A DNA stretch of 35,151 bases, taken from positions 1 through 35,151 of the forward strand of contig JWZX01002534.1 in assembly GCA_001275005.1 (NCBI GenBank), read 5' to 3'. The DNA comes from Chrysochromulina tobinii. Taxonomy: Eukaryota. Position numbers and translations under genes: made by a program. The notes beneath the pieces are model-generated. The model worked only from the letters and a program-made list of their open reading frames with translations. It was not told the origin of the DNA and did no database searches. Position 1 is the first letter of the stretch; the number at the start of each line of letters is the position of its first letter. Below, piece by piece: positions 18,901 through 27,707 of this stretch.

Positions 18901-21900
18901 GCCAATCATGGCGTCCACCGCCTTTCCCTGTATGCCATACGAGCCGTCAGCAGCGGCGTGCAGCTCGATCTCGAGCTTCGTCACGCCTGGCCGCACGAAC
19001 AGGTCCTTGGAGTCGAGCAGGTAGACAGGGCCAGTTCGGCCGCCCAGCTGAACGTGCACGGCGGCGGCATCACTGACGTTGAGCACGAGACCCTCGAGGC
19101 GGCCGTCAGCCGCATGGCCGGCTGCATTTTGCTTTCCGTTCGCCTCAGGAGCGAGGGTCTGCTCGATGTTTTCGACGTAATCGGCCGAAGTGTACCAGGT
19201 ACGCCCGCCAAAGTTGACCTGCAGGTCGTCGCTCACGCACACGACAGTGCCCTCCATGCCGACGACGTCGATGTCCACCCCCTGGCTCTCAATCCCTGGC
19301 AGTGCGCGCACGCGGTCGCCCTCCTTTGGCTTCGCTGGAACTTTTGGCGTCTCCTGAGGGTCCTTCGCGTCCGCCTTGGAGTGCATGACCTCCATCTCAG
19401 AAGACTTGCAATTCCATCCTGTAGTGGTGCCTGCGAAGTCAACCTTGAGGTCGCCGTCGGAGTCGATTCTAGTGACGACCCCAACCATGCCATGCTTGAC
19501 ACTGCCCCAGCCGTATGCTGGCCTAGACACGCTCTGCTTGACGCTTACCCGTGCGCCCACGCACAGCTTGCCGCCCGGCGCCATCGTGGGCGTCGTGGGG
19601 CACACTGCGTGTTCAGGTTTGGCGCAGCACGTGGTGCACAGCCCGCAGTGTTCACAGCCACCCGGGCCCGTCTGCGACGACGGGCCGTGCATCCCGCACT
19701 TGTGGCAGCGCACCGAGCCGCTCCAAGCCTTTTGCGTGTGCACTGCCCGCTGCGGCCGCGGCAGGATACTCTCATGGCCCGGCACGAGTGCCGGATCGAG
19801 GAGCACGGGGCAGCCCACACAGAGCTCACAGAGCTTGAGCGGCTGCGCACCCTCAACCGAGGCGGCAGGCACCTCAGGCGGCTCTACGGGGCCATGTCCC
19901 TTGCGCCGACCTTTTGCGCTCATCTTGGTCCCCTTGGTCGCCTTGGTCGCCTTGGTCGCCTTGGTCACATTGGGCGGCGGCGGCTGCGGCGGCGGCGGCG
20001 GCGGCGGCGGCAGCGTCTGGCTTGTGGCGAGCTCATGGACGCGCTTAGCAGCCTGACGATCCTTCTCGATGCGACCGAGAGCGCGTGGGTACACCTCCTC
20101 GAAAAGGTTCCGCACGTCGCGCGCGTTGGCAAAGCCTTTGACGCCGCGGCGACGGGCGATGCGGCGCGACGCAACCTCCGCAACGTGCGGCTCGAGCCGC
20201 CACGAGTGCTTCTGCGCGATCTCGAGCCAGATCTCCTTGAGCTCGGGCTGTGTGAAGTCCTCAAAGATCAGGTCGCGGAAGCGGCTCTTCATGCCCGGGT
20301 TGAAGCTGTACAGCTTTTCCTCGATGTCGTCCTTGTAGCCCGCGAAGAAGATGGAGAGCCGGTCGCGCTGGTCCTCGGCGGCCGTCATGAGCAGGTTGAT
20401 GATGGCCTTGCCCGCCGAGTTGGACCCCGGATCGAGAGAGTAAGCCTCATCGATGAAGAGAATGCCATCTTTCGCCTTGTCGATTAGGTCAGGCACATCG
20501 GCCGGCTTCATCTGGAGCAGCTTCTCACCGGTCGTCTCGATGAACGCTGTGCCCGTGCGCAGGCCAAGCTCGTGGAGCAGCTTGCCGAGCAGCCGCGCCA
20601 CGGTCGTCTTGCCCGTGCCCGGGTTGCCCATTAGCGAAAAGTTGAGCGATGTAACGACGCGCATCGACTCGGGCAGCCGCCTTTCGGCAAGCACCCGAGT
20701 TTGCAACTGGTACGCTACCGCCTTGACCTGGTGCAGCCCCCGGAGCGCCATCAGCTCGTCGAGGGCTTTTGATTCGGAATCACCGGCCTTCGTCTTCGCC
20801 ACTGACGCCTTGTGGCTGGTACCTTTCTGCTGCTCGTCTTTTGACGCGTGGCGGGAGGGCACAAGTACCAGCGGCGGCGCATCCGGAGGCGTTGGTACTG
20901 CGGTGATCTCTAAGATGCGCTTGTTCGTGTCCGTGATGAGCAGGTGCAGCTCAGCCTCAGTCAAGAAGCTTTCCCCGTGTTCCACGAAGGCTGACTTGAC
21001 GCCGGTCATCGGCGCGTCCAGCCGCTCGGCGTACAGCGCAAGGCACGAGTACAAATGCGCTTGGCCTGGCCGGAAGTCACTAGCCTTGTACACGCCGCCG
21101 TGATCGAGGCGCGCGAGCACCAGCAGAAGGAGCGGATCGAGCATCCTGTCAGTCACCATCGCCCCATCCGCGACGTAGCCATCAAGGATCTCGCTGGCTT
21201 CGGTGCGATAGGGACTGGCCTCGTCCGATGCGAGCGCAAGTGCGTACAGCAGATCGACCGCCGACGCCGCTGCCTGCATCGCCACCACGGAGCCACGGAT
21301 CATCTCGCGCGCCTCGTCGAGAGCGTCCGCCGCCGTCTCCCACGCACCTGCATGCAATGCAGCCAAAGCGCTCTCGACCTTGCGCCGCACCTCAGCGGGG
21401 AGCCTCGAAACGTCGGGCACGAATGGGGGGCGCTGTGGGGATGCAAGTCCGAGAAGGAGCTTGTCGACGGCTGCGCCATTCATCTTCAGACGCGTCGCAA
21501 GGTAGCATCGCGCCGCACGCACGCGGTGCGCGCGTACTAAAAGCGCTGCTGCGTCATGCGCTTGCGGCTCGTCGGCAGCACCCAGCTCAGCAGCGTTCGC
21601 GAGGGCACCACCGAGCGCAAAAACGGCCATGTCATCGTCAGACTGGGCGGCAACCACTAGGTGAGAGACATGGAGCCACGCCTGTTTGCGGCGAAGCTCG
21701 GTCAGTTGGGGCTGTGCCTCTTGCAAGAGGGCCCAAGAGCGCTCGTGTACCTTGCGCTTGCGCAGCCGCCGTAGTAGTAGAAAGAAGCGCACTGCCGCGT
21801 GCATCATGTGGCACGCTGCCCGAGCACTCCGTGAGCGGCGCAGCCGCCACCGACGCGTCGTGGACGTGATGTGGCGCGCGGCCCCCAAGTAGGCAGGTGG

Positions 21901-24858
21901 GAGGAGGGCTGACGTGTGGCAGAGCATGCCAAGTGCAGGCAGCGATGGATGCTTGACGTACGCAACGCCCGAGGTGGCATCTGCCGCGAGCACCTCGACG
22001 CATGCATCAAGGAAGCGCAGCGAAGGAGTCTTGCGCGCAGCACGCTGCAAACGCGTCTCGTGGGTCTCAAGGCCGCCGTAGAGCTCGATCCCGCTGCACC
22101 CCAAGCTATTGGACACAGTGCCGTCGGCTTTGGGCTCGCCCGATGGAGGGCCGGTCTGCAGAAGGCGGAAGTGGCGGAAAGCCTGGCCATTGAAGAGGGC
22201 GGCATCGAGGCTCCATTTCGCGAGCGAGTGAGGATTCTCAGCAAGTGTAGTGTCGTTGGCGTGCTTTCGCAGCGTCACCCACGTCGTGCCTTCGACGGAT
22301 CCTTGCAGCTGCCAGTGGCGCAGCTTGCCCTTCGCTTGCTTCGTCGAACGCACCGCGTACGCCTCGGGGTAGAGCATTCGTCCCTCACCGAGATCGATCG
22401 AGATCCACGAGCCCACACGATTGTCGGTCGAGCAATCCTCGAGCTTCCCGTTGCCGTTGTGCTGCACGAGGGCTAGAGGTTTGCCCTCGCCCACCGATGA
22501 CCGGCGCGCTGTCACGTCGCCGGCCTCCTGTGGGTTTTGGTAAGCACGCGTGCCACCCCGAGTGCCGAGGTAGTGGAGCACGCCGGGGTAGAGGCCTGGC
22601 CCTGCCTCTGGCGTGGCCTGAGCCTGTCTCCCGGCCTCTATCCCTGCTGCTGGCGTGGGTGCCACGTAGGCTCCGTATGGCTCCACGTCCGCCAGCTGCG
22701 CCACTGCCGCCCACGCTCGGCAGAGCTCATGCCGCTTGAGAAGTGCACGTCCGGAGGCGAGCATTGGGTCCGGAAGCACCAAGACCGCGCTGCTCACCTC
22801 GAGCGGCGCACCCAGCGCGCCCATCGTGCCTCGCGGCAAACGGTTGCCTTGCGCCGCATCGCCAAAGAGCGCCAGAAGTGCGAGCGCCGCACCAGCTGTC
22901 GCGTCGATGGGCGCCCCCGTCAGGTTCGCAACTCGAGCTGTCCGCTCAGAGGGTAGTAATTCGGGGCACTCTGCCATCGAGAGCTCGGCTTTGGTTGCAT
23001 GGGGATTGTCGGTTGAATTGTTATTGCCGACGCCGTGCTCGTCATCAGGTGGCGTCCACGCGATGCAGCGCAGCTCCGGCTGCTCAATCCATTTCGCGCC
23101 AAAACCGGCGTTTGCTCTCCACGTTACGCTGCTAGCGTCAGGGAACGATGCATCTTTATCGGGGAGGTGCAGATTGCCCTTGTCCTCACCAAGTGATTTC
23201 TCAGGCTGTGCTAACCAAGATGACTTCGGATTGAACGCAATCCAGAGAGTCTTATCACTCGTGTGCTGAAAGGCGGGTCGGCCGTTCACAAGCTTGCTGT
23301 CATCGCGCCGGTAGGTACCGAGGTACCTGGCCGCTTGCTCAGGCAGCGAGCTGCACTCCACTTTCAGCCCAGGAGGTGGTGAACCAGAGCCCGCACCACT
23401 CTCGTCAGCGTACTCGTACTCAAGATCGAACTTCTGGCTCGCGCCGACTCGATAGGAATTCTTGCGGCCGCTGCCATCCCACTTGACCTTGATCCAGCCC
23501 ACGGTGTCATCGCTGAAAGTCGTGCCCATTTGCTGTTCGCCTTCGTGGTGATCCTGCTCGCCCCAGCTCCAATCGGGTCCTCGTCGCACCCGCACGCCCT
23601 CCTTCTTCTCCTTCAGCGTGCTCCACCACTTCTCCGTCGTGGAGCACGGCTTGCTTGCTGCCTTGGATTTCAGTTCCTTTTGTTTTTGGAGCTCCCCCAC
23701 CTTGAACCACCACTGTTCGCCGTCACTGAACTTCACCTTGAAAGGGCGACTTGAGTTGTCATCCTCAATCAGCCTGCCTGTCTTGCCAACGGTCGGCTTC
23801 GTCGCCGAGTCGGATGCGCTGAGCACCAGCACCGTGTCGCCCACCTGCAGTCGCGCCCCTGCGCCGCCCTCGTCGACCTCCTCCGTCGTCTCCTGAGACT
23901 CCACCTCGGCCTCAGAATTCTCCTCAGCCTCAGACTTCTCCTTTGCCTCTGACTTCTCCTTCGCCTCTGACTTTTCCGCAGGCAGCTTGCGCGACGGCAC
24001 GGGATGTGGTGGGTAGTGACCAAAGCAGATGTCGGCCGCGGCTGCGTGCTCCGCCTTAGATCCGGCAGCGTGGCCGCGCTTCCACCACCTCATCCACTCT
24101 TGAGCGTCACCTGCGAGAACATCGCCTGCTGCCGCCGAGCCCGGCCCATTTGCGCTCTCGGCGGCGCCAGCCATTGCCAGGGTGGCCAGGTGCTCGAGGA
24201 GCCCCTCACGCGTGCCCGGGCACAGCAGGTCGAGGTCGAGCAGCAGATGCGCATGCTCGGCTCCGAGCACGTGCGCCATGCGTGCAACGCAGACGATGCG
24301 AGCGGCGGCCGTGTCGCGCCCCCGAAGGAGGTTGACGTCGAGCACTCCCTCGATCCACGTGGCCCATGCCGCCTGCCGATCGGCGAGTGCAGCATTTACT
24401 TTGGATGCGAAGGCCAGGGCCGTGCTGTAATTGAGCTCGACGCCGTTGGAGCTCGTGCGCTTGAAATCAGCCATGATTGCATGGATGGATGCAGTGTGCT
24501 CCTCGAAGGGCGTGAGAATGATCGTCTTGGGGGAGCATCCCTGAGTTCTCGCCGGTGAGGCGGGCGAGGAAGGCTTAAGCTCCAGCTCGGTTGCAGTGCC
24601 ACCACAATGGTCGTGATCGAGCGCGTCGTGATACTCGCTTCCGCCGCTGCTGCTGCTGGTTGTGCGCTCTGGGCTCACGGTGGTCGCAGTTTGTTCATTG
24701 CCCGTGCCTTCATCCCGGAGCTTCTTGTCCTTGTTCTCATCTTTCGCGGTGGTGTCTGCGGTCTCCTTATCCGCCATCGCCATTTCGTCGCTGAGCTGCT
24801 CTGAGAGTGTGCGTGCGAGGAAAAGGGGCGTAGCGGCGGCCATATCAAGCTCGGTCAT
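15985..24858 (-). CDS. Giant (~2957 aa) protein with three CbbX/SpoVK-type AAA+ modules plus MIB/HERC2, SH3-like, HECTD1-like SUN/discoidin, Cys-rich and PDZ domains
   Basis: Uninterrupted ORF; first ATG at 24858. Three GNPGTGKT Walker A motifs (~20605-20628, 18055-18078, 17239-17262), each followed by hhhDEAY Walker B and an NPGxxxRF Arg-finger box. MIB/HERC2 GVRVRRGPDWSWGEQD...KWD...NSYRVG at ~23420-23600. GVLHYLGT...WISIDLG...LRHWQLQGS...GIELYG at ~22070-22590. PDZ at ~18770-18985. C-terminal CPAGFDW...WRCNGGSH. Confidence 0.92.
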   Translation of the reverse strand: MTELDMAAATPLFLARTLSEQLSDEMAMADKETADTTAKDENKDKKLRDEGTGNEQTATTVSPERTTSSSSGGSEYHDALDHDHCGGTATELELKPSSPASPARTQGCSPKTIILTPFEEHTASIHAIMADFKRTSSNGVELNYSTALAFASKVNAALADRQAAWATWIEGVLDVNLLRGRDTAAARIVCVARMAHVLGAEHAHLLLDLDLLCPGTREGLLEHLATLAMAGAAESANGPGSAAAGDVLAGDAQEWMRWWKRGHAAGSKAEHAAAADICFGHYPPHPVPSRKLPAEKSEAKEKSEAKEKSEAEENSEAEVESQETTEEVDEGGAGARLQVGDTVLVLSASDSATKPTVGKTGRLIEDDNSSRPFKVKFSDGEQWWFKVGELQKQKELKSKAASKPCSTTEKWWSTLKEKKEGVRVRRGPDWSWGEQDHHEGEQQMGTTFSDDTVGWIKVKWDGSGRKNSYRVGASQKFDLEYEYADESGAGSGSPPPGLKVECSSLPEQAARYLGTYRRDDSKLVNGRPAFQHTSDKTLWIAFNPKSSWLAQPEKSLGEDKGNLHLPDKDASFPDASSVTWRANAGFGAKWIEQPELRCIAWTPPDDEHGVGNNNSTDNPHATKAELSMAECPELLPSERTARVANLTGAPIDATAGAALALLALFGDAAQGNRLPRGTMGALGAPLEVSSAVLVLPDPMLASGRALLKRHELCRAWAAVAQLADVEPYGAYVAPTPAAGIEAGRQAQATPEAGPGLYPGVLHYLGTRGGTRAYQNPQEAGDVTARRSSVGEGKPLALVQHNGNGKLEDCSTDNRVGSWISIDLGEGRMLYPEAYAVRSTKQAKGKLRHWQLQGSVEGTTWVTLRKHANDTTLAENPHSLAKWSLDAALFNGQAFRHFRLLQTGPPSGEPKADGTVSNSLGCSGIELYGGLETHETRLQRAARKTPSLRFLDACVEVLAADATSGVAYVKHPSLPALGMLCHTSALLPPAYLGAARHITSTTRRWRLRRSRSARAACHMMHAAVRFFLLLRRLRKRKVHERSWALLQEAQPQLTELRRKQAWLHVSHLVVAAQSDDDMAVFALGGALANAAELGAADEPQAHDAAALLVRAHRVRAARCYLATRLKMNGAAVDKLLLGLASPQRPPFVPDVSRLPAEVRRKVESALAALHAGAWETAADALDEAREMIRGSVVAMQAAASAVDLLYALALASDEASPYRTEASEILDGYVADGAMVTDRMLDPLLLLVLARLDHGGVYKASDFRPGQAHLYSCLALYAERLDAPMTGVKSAFVEHGESFLTEAELHLLITDTNKRILEITAVPTPPDAPPLVLVPSRHASKDEQQKGTSHKASVAKTKAGDSESKALDELMALRGLHQVKAVAYQLQTRVLAERRLPESMRVVTSLNFSLMGNPGTGKTTVARLLGKLLHELGLRTGTAFIETTGEKLLQMKPADVPDLIDKAKDGILFIDEAYSLDPGSNSAGKAIINLLMTAAEDQRDRLSIFFAGYKDDIEEKLYSFNPGMKSRFRDLIFEDFTQPELKEIWLEIAQKHSWRLEPHVAEVASRRIARRRGVKGFANARDVRNLFEEVYPRALGRIEKDRQAAKRVHELATSQTLPPPPPPPPQPPPPNVTKATKATKATKGTKMSAKGRRKGHGPVEPPEVPAASVEGAQPLKLCELCVGCPVLLDPALVPGHESILPRPQRAVHTQKAWSGSVRCHKCGMHGPSSQTGPGGCEHCGLCTTCCAKPEHAVCPTTPTMAPGGKLCVGARVSVKQSVSRPAYGWGSVKHGMVGVVTRIDSDGDLKVDFAGTTTGWNCKSSEMEVMHSKADAKDPQETPKVPAKPKEGDRVRALPGIESQGVDIDVVGMEGTVVCVSDDLQVNFGGRTWYTSADYVENIEQTLAPEANGKQNAAGHAADGRLEGLVLNVSDAAAVHVQLGGRTGPVYLLDSKDLFVRPGVTKLEIELHAAADGSYGIQGKAVDAMIGGGGLCVSSLKAGSPAAKDGRLATGDIIRIVDGQLTLDGKEVLGALKPPGSTSKASSDWPEKLFKAFHGSDGAQLQLALDASGGQAATHSIYAQASDKPPDLDDSGGYYRLEGTGSGSWYKSQGITAGMSVLEIAEALAAKVPSSAPMPGVVKTWLAKHLSGARSKVTLVAFRKASAHGATSTAIGDDNTLMPTRAPSKYDPEQLLMRVVDVLGPPPEVEHVPDLKAALAELDRQVGLEAVKEQARTLIKLAQINYQRELNCEPPHLVPLNRLFLGNPGTGKTTIAKVYGRILKGLGYLSDGSVEVRTPSDLIASAAGGTEEKTAALLEICKGKVLVIDEAYGLHEGLYGARAIDTIVSKVHNSPGEDIAVLLLGYEDEMMKMLREVNPGLMRRFSPESAFHFAYFTDSQLEELLHLAATAAGLRWAKRSVCKAALNLLIRERIKPHFGNAGAVNSLMGRVKESLAGRGDARSITLADLGLHEGASGGTAKTASLLHEVEEEMATLFKADGLRAHFDALAARLAQLQTDGELDPSMPADKVGNYVFVGNPGTGKTTFARVLGKWLRAKGVLVGDGFAEQSALNLQGEYLGHTKTKVDELMASAPGGLVFIDEAYNLGGGGMRGGLYAKEAVDQLTFNLSAPQYKGKSIVVLAGYEKEMDAMLAGANPGFRSRFKQRITLPDWDADDVVAYLLERCNRKGFAFSKDAQAVLRERLARIQKRPGWANARDAEWVYDELAGMRAQRLAAAAVRGVDEGQPSFTVEDARSAMDSFDRHRPSPPHLEKAFSMGSSMSTTINSGAEDYDDLLPPMREGGPPARELEEEREEIRIIEIEAKDSCGDCSPDVAAALQEACVELGYDESDAKRRELVTKLSGCEGSKDFPPDILGLVCSKTGRDARDIIDELRAQVGAVLSSMREAIKEAETEQHRIDAAVREKIKEMCLCPAGFDWHREGDGWRCNGGSHFLSNAQLNTN

Positions 24859-25145
24859 CTTAGCGAGCGCGCGCGCAAGAGTCTTCGGAACCACAAGCTC
24901 GGTTTTTTCAACTCGGCCTCACCCCCCTTGGTTTTTTCCAGGACCCACGCGAATCAGATCGCGCGGGGCTCGAGAATTCAGTTGACCCCCCCCCGCACAC
25001 CCAACCTCTTTCAACAGGTCTCATAGCCTCGACGCTTCGTCTTCGTCAAAAAGTTGGAAGCCACTCCACCCTGAACGGCGTACTGCTGCACGTGCACAGT
25101 ACACACAAACGAAACCGAGCTTCTGGAGAACAGCCCGACGTCCTC

Positions 25146-26762
25146 TCACAACGGGATGTTGCCGTGCTTTCGCCAGGCGCGCTCCTGCCGCTTGTCGCTG
25201 AGCAGCTCCAAGCTCTCCCAGACGAGCTGGCGCGTCTCGCGAGGCGCGATGACCGCATCGATGAAGCCGCGCTGCGCGGCCACGAGCGGGTTGGCAAACT
25301 TAGTCTCATACGTAGCCGTGTTCTCGTCGACGTTCTTGCCACGGAAGATGATTTCGACGGCGCCTTTGGCGCCCATGACGGCGATTTCGGCGGAGGGCCA
25401 CGCGACGTTCACATCGCCGCGAAGGTGCTTGGACGCCATGACGTCGTACGCGCCGCCGTACGCCTTGCGCGTGATCACAGTGACCTTCGGCACGGTCGCT
25501 TCCGCGTAGGCGTACAGCAATTTCGCGCCGTGCCGGATGACACCACCGTGCTCCTGGCCGGTGCCGGGCAGGAAGCCGGGTACGTCTACGAAGGTGAGAA
25601 GGGGGATGCCGTACGCGTCGCACGTGCGCACAAAGCGCGCCGCCTTGACCGCCGCGTTGATGTCGAGGCAGCCCGCGAGCTCTTGCGGCTGGTTGGCTAC
25701 GATACCGACCGTTCGGCCGCCTACCCGGCCAAAGCCAGTGAGGATGTTCTTGGCGTAGTCGGGCTGGAGCTCGAAGAAGGAGCGCTCATCGAGCACGCGG
25801 CGCACGAGCGCGCCCATGTCGTACGGCACGTTCGGGTCTGCGGGCACGATGCGATCGAGAGCCTCGTCGGCGCGGCTGATCGGATCCTCCGTGGGCAAGA
25901 CGGGCACCGGTTGGCGGTTGGAGGAGGGCAGGTACGACATGAGCTGACGTGTTGTGGCCATCGCGGCGACGTCGTTCGGGCACGCGAGGTGCGCCACGCC
26001 CGACGTGCGCGTGTGTGTACGCGCGCCGCCCAGCGCCTCCGCCGACACCTCCTCGTTGGTGACGGTCTTGACAACGTCTGGGCCGGTGACGAACATGTAG
26101 CTCGTGTGCTCGACCATCACAGTGAAGTCGGTCAAGGCGGGCGAGTAGACGGCGCCGCCCGCGCACGGGCCCATGATGATCGACAGCTGCGGCACCACGC
26201 CCGAAGCGTCCACGTTACGCTGGAACACCTCGGCATACCCAGCGAGGGAGCCCACTCCTTCCTGGATCCGAGCGCCGCCAGAATCGTTGAGGCCGATGAC
26301 GGGCGCGCCGACGGCGAGTGCCTTATCCATGATCTTGCAAATCTTCTCAGCATGTGCCTCGCCGAGGCTGCCCCCGAAGACGGTGAAGTCCTGCGAGAAG
26401 ACGAAGACCGTCCGCCCATGGATCTTGCCGTGGCCGGTCACCACGCCGTCGCCCGGAGGCCGATTGCTTCCCATATCAAAGTCTTCGCAACGGTGGGTCT
26501 TGAGCTTGTCGTATTCGCGGAAAGTTCCCTCGTCGAGCAGCAGCGTCAGCCGCTCCCGCGCCGTCAGCTTGCCCTTGCGGTGCTGCGCCTCAATCCGGGC
26601 CTCACCGCCGCCAAGCTTCGCCGCCACCTCCGCTTCCTCGAGCCGTGCCCGCACTGAGGCCGCCTTGGCAAGCGTCTTGGGTGGAGGGGGCAACGAGCAG
26701 AGGCTGCGCGGCAGCAGCGCGTGGCGTGCGAGCCTGGGACGATCGATGACGAGACGTAGCAT
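25146..26762 (-). CDS. PCCB: Propionyl-CoA carboxylase beta chain (carboxyltransferase), mitochondrial
   Basis: [77 protein letters not shown] and terminal WRKHGNIPL. Arg-rich presequence from ATG 26762. Confidence 0.96.
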   Translation of the reverse strand: MLRLVIDRPRLARHALLPRSLCSLPPPPKTLAKAASVRARLEEAEVAAKLGGGEARIEAQHRKGKLTARERLTLLLDEGTFREYDKLKTHRCEDFDMGSNRPPGDGVVTGHGKIHGRTVFVFSQDFTVFGGSLGEAHAEKICKIMDKALAVGAPVIGLNDSGGARIQEGVGSLAGYAEVFQRNVDASGVVPQLSIIMGPCAGGAVYSPALTDFTVMVEHTSYMFVTGPDVVKTVTNEEVSAEALGGARTHTRTSGVAHLACPNDVAAMATTRQLMSYLPSSNRQPVPVLPTEDPISRADEALDRIVPADPNVPYDMGALVRRVLDERSFFELQPDYAKNILTGFGRVGGRTVGIVANQPQELAGCLDINAAVKAARFVRTCDAYGIPLLTFVDVPGFLPGTGQEHGGVIRHGAKLLYAYAEATVPKVTVITRKAYGGAYDVMASKHLRGDVNVAWPSAEIAVMGAKGAVEIIFRGKNVDENTATYETKFANPLVAAQRGFIDAVIAPRETRQLVWESLELLSDKRQERAWRKHGNIPL

Positions 26763-26893
26763 CGATCGGCGTCCGCAGAGGGCTTGCGGCTCGGCCGCGG
26801 TTGCGTCAATTTTCATCGATAGTTCCGATTTCACAACGACTAAGTTTTTCGTGTGCGTGCACATGCGACACTGAGTGTACCTCATGCATCTTC

Positions 26894-27571
26894 TCATGTG
26901 TCCAGCTCCGCAAAGGCGGCAGCATGGGCGAGGCCTTCTCCGAACATATCGGTCTCCTCATCGGGCGCGTGTACGATGACCGCGAGCCGCTGTCGGAGCG
27001 CCGCCTCTGTGAGCATGCCCGGAGGTGGCGGCTTGCCTAGCCGCAGGTCGCGAGCGGCACGTTCCTCATCTGTGAACGCACGGAACGGTGGTCCCGCCGC
27101 TCGATTGCGATCGAGCTTGGGCGGCTCTTTGCGGCATGCCGTGGACCATTCCTTGCAAGCGTCGGCGCGCAGTTGCGAGAGGCTCGCTCCAGAGTACAGG
27201 GCCTCACTCAGCTCGTTATCCCAGCCCTCGTCGAGCAGTGCAGCGCATGCGAGCTTGATGGTCGCACACTCGCGGCCGCATGGCCCATCCTCTTTATGCC
27301 GCTCAAGCTCAAGCCGGTCACCACTCTCGACCAGATCAATCGAACGCATCCAACCACCCGCTGAGGATTCGGGGTTTTGCACATCCTCGAGCGCGCTGAG
27401 GATGGACGCCTCCTCTTTACGCAGCCCAGGATTGCGCTCGAGATGGCCGTGCAGCTCACCGATCAGCAATTCGCAAACGCCGCAGCGAATGTACTTCACG
27501 TCCCCTTGGATGCCCTGTGACGACGCCAGGCTCGTCTGGAGCACAATGATCATGCACAACGTGCGGCGCAT
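26894..27571 (-). CDS. Secreted/ER saposin-B-type (canopy-like) protein
   Basis: Signal peptide [20 protein letters not shown], then [38 protein letters not shown] and C-x6-C, the pattern of plant/algal saposin-like proteins. Confidence 0.8.
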   Translation of the reverse strand: MRRTLCMIIVLQTSLASSQGIQGDVKYIRCGVCELLIGELHGHLERNPGLRKEEASILSALEDVQNPESSAGGWMRSIDLVESGDRLELERHKEDGPCGRECATIKLACAALLDEGWDNELSEALYSGASLSQLRADACKEWSTACRKEPPKLDRNRAAGPPFRAFTDEERAARDLRLGKPPPPGMLTEAALRQRLAVIVHAPDEETDMFGEGLAHAAAFAELDT

Positions 27572-27707
27572 AGGGGTCCCGAGAGCGCTTGTATCGACGC
27601 GCACACCGCTAGCGCTTTGGAGACGAGTGAATCCACTTTGTGTGAACATGCTGCATGAACATGCATTTCTCTTCCGCTGGACCCCAACAGTACAAATGAA
27701 CAGAATC

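Noticed and set aside
16580..20770. Red-type Rubisco activase CbbX
   Set aside because: True CbbX is a single ~300-aa AAA module. Here three modules sit inside a ~3000-aa protein with no plastid leader.
16500..24600. Many long plus-strand and alternate-frame ORFs (e.g. 18958-20487, 17698-18600)
   Set aside because: Shadows of the giant AAA gene; Arg/Ala-rich and without domain motifs.
25092..26657. 521-aa plus-strand ORF
   Set aside because: Antisense shadow of PCCB caused by GC-rich codon usage; no motifs.
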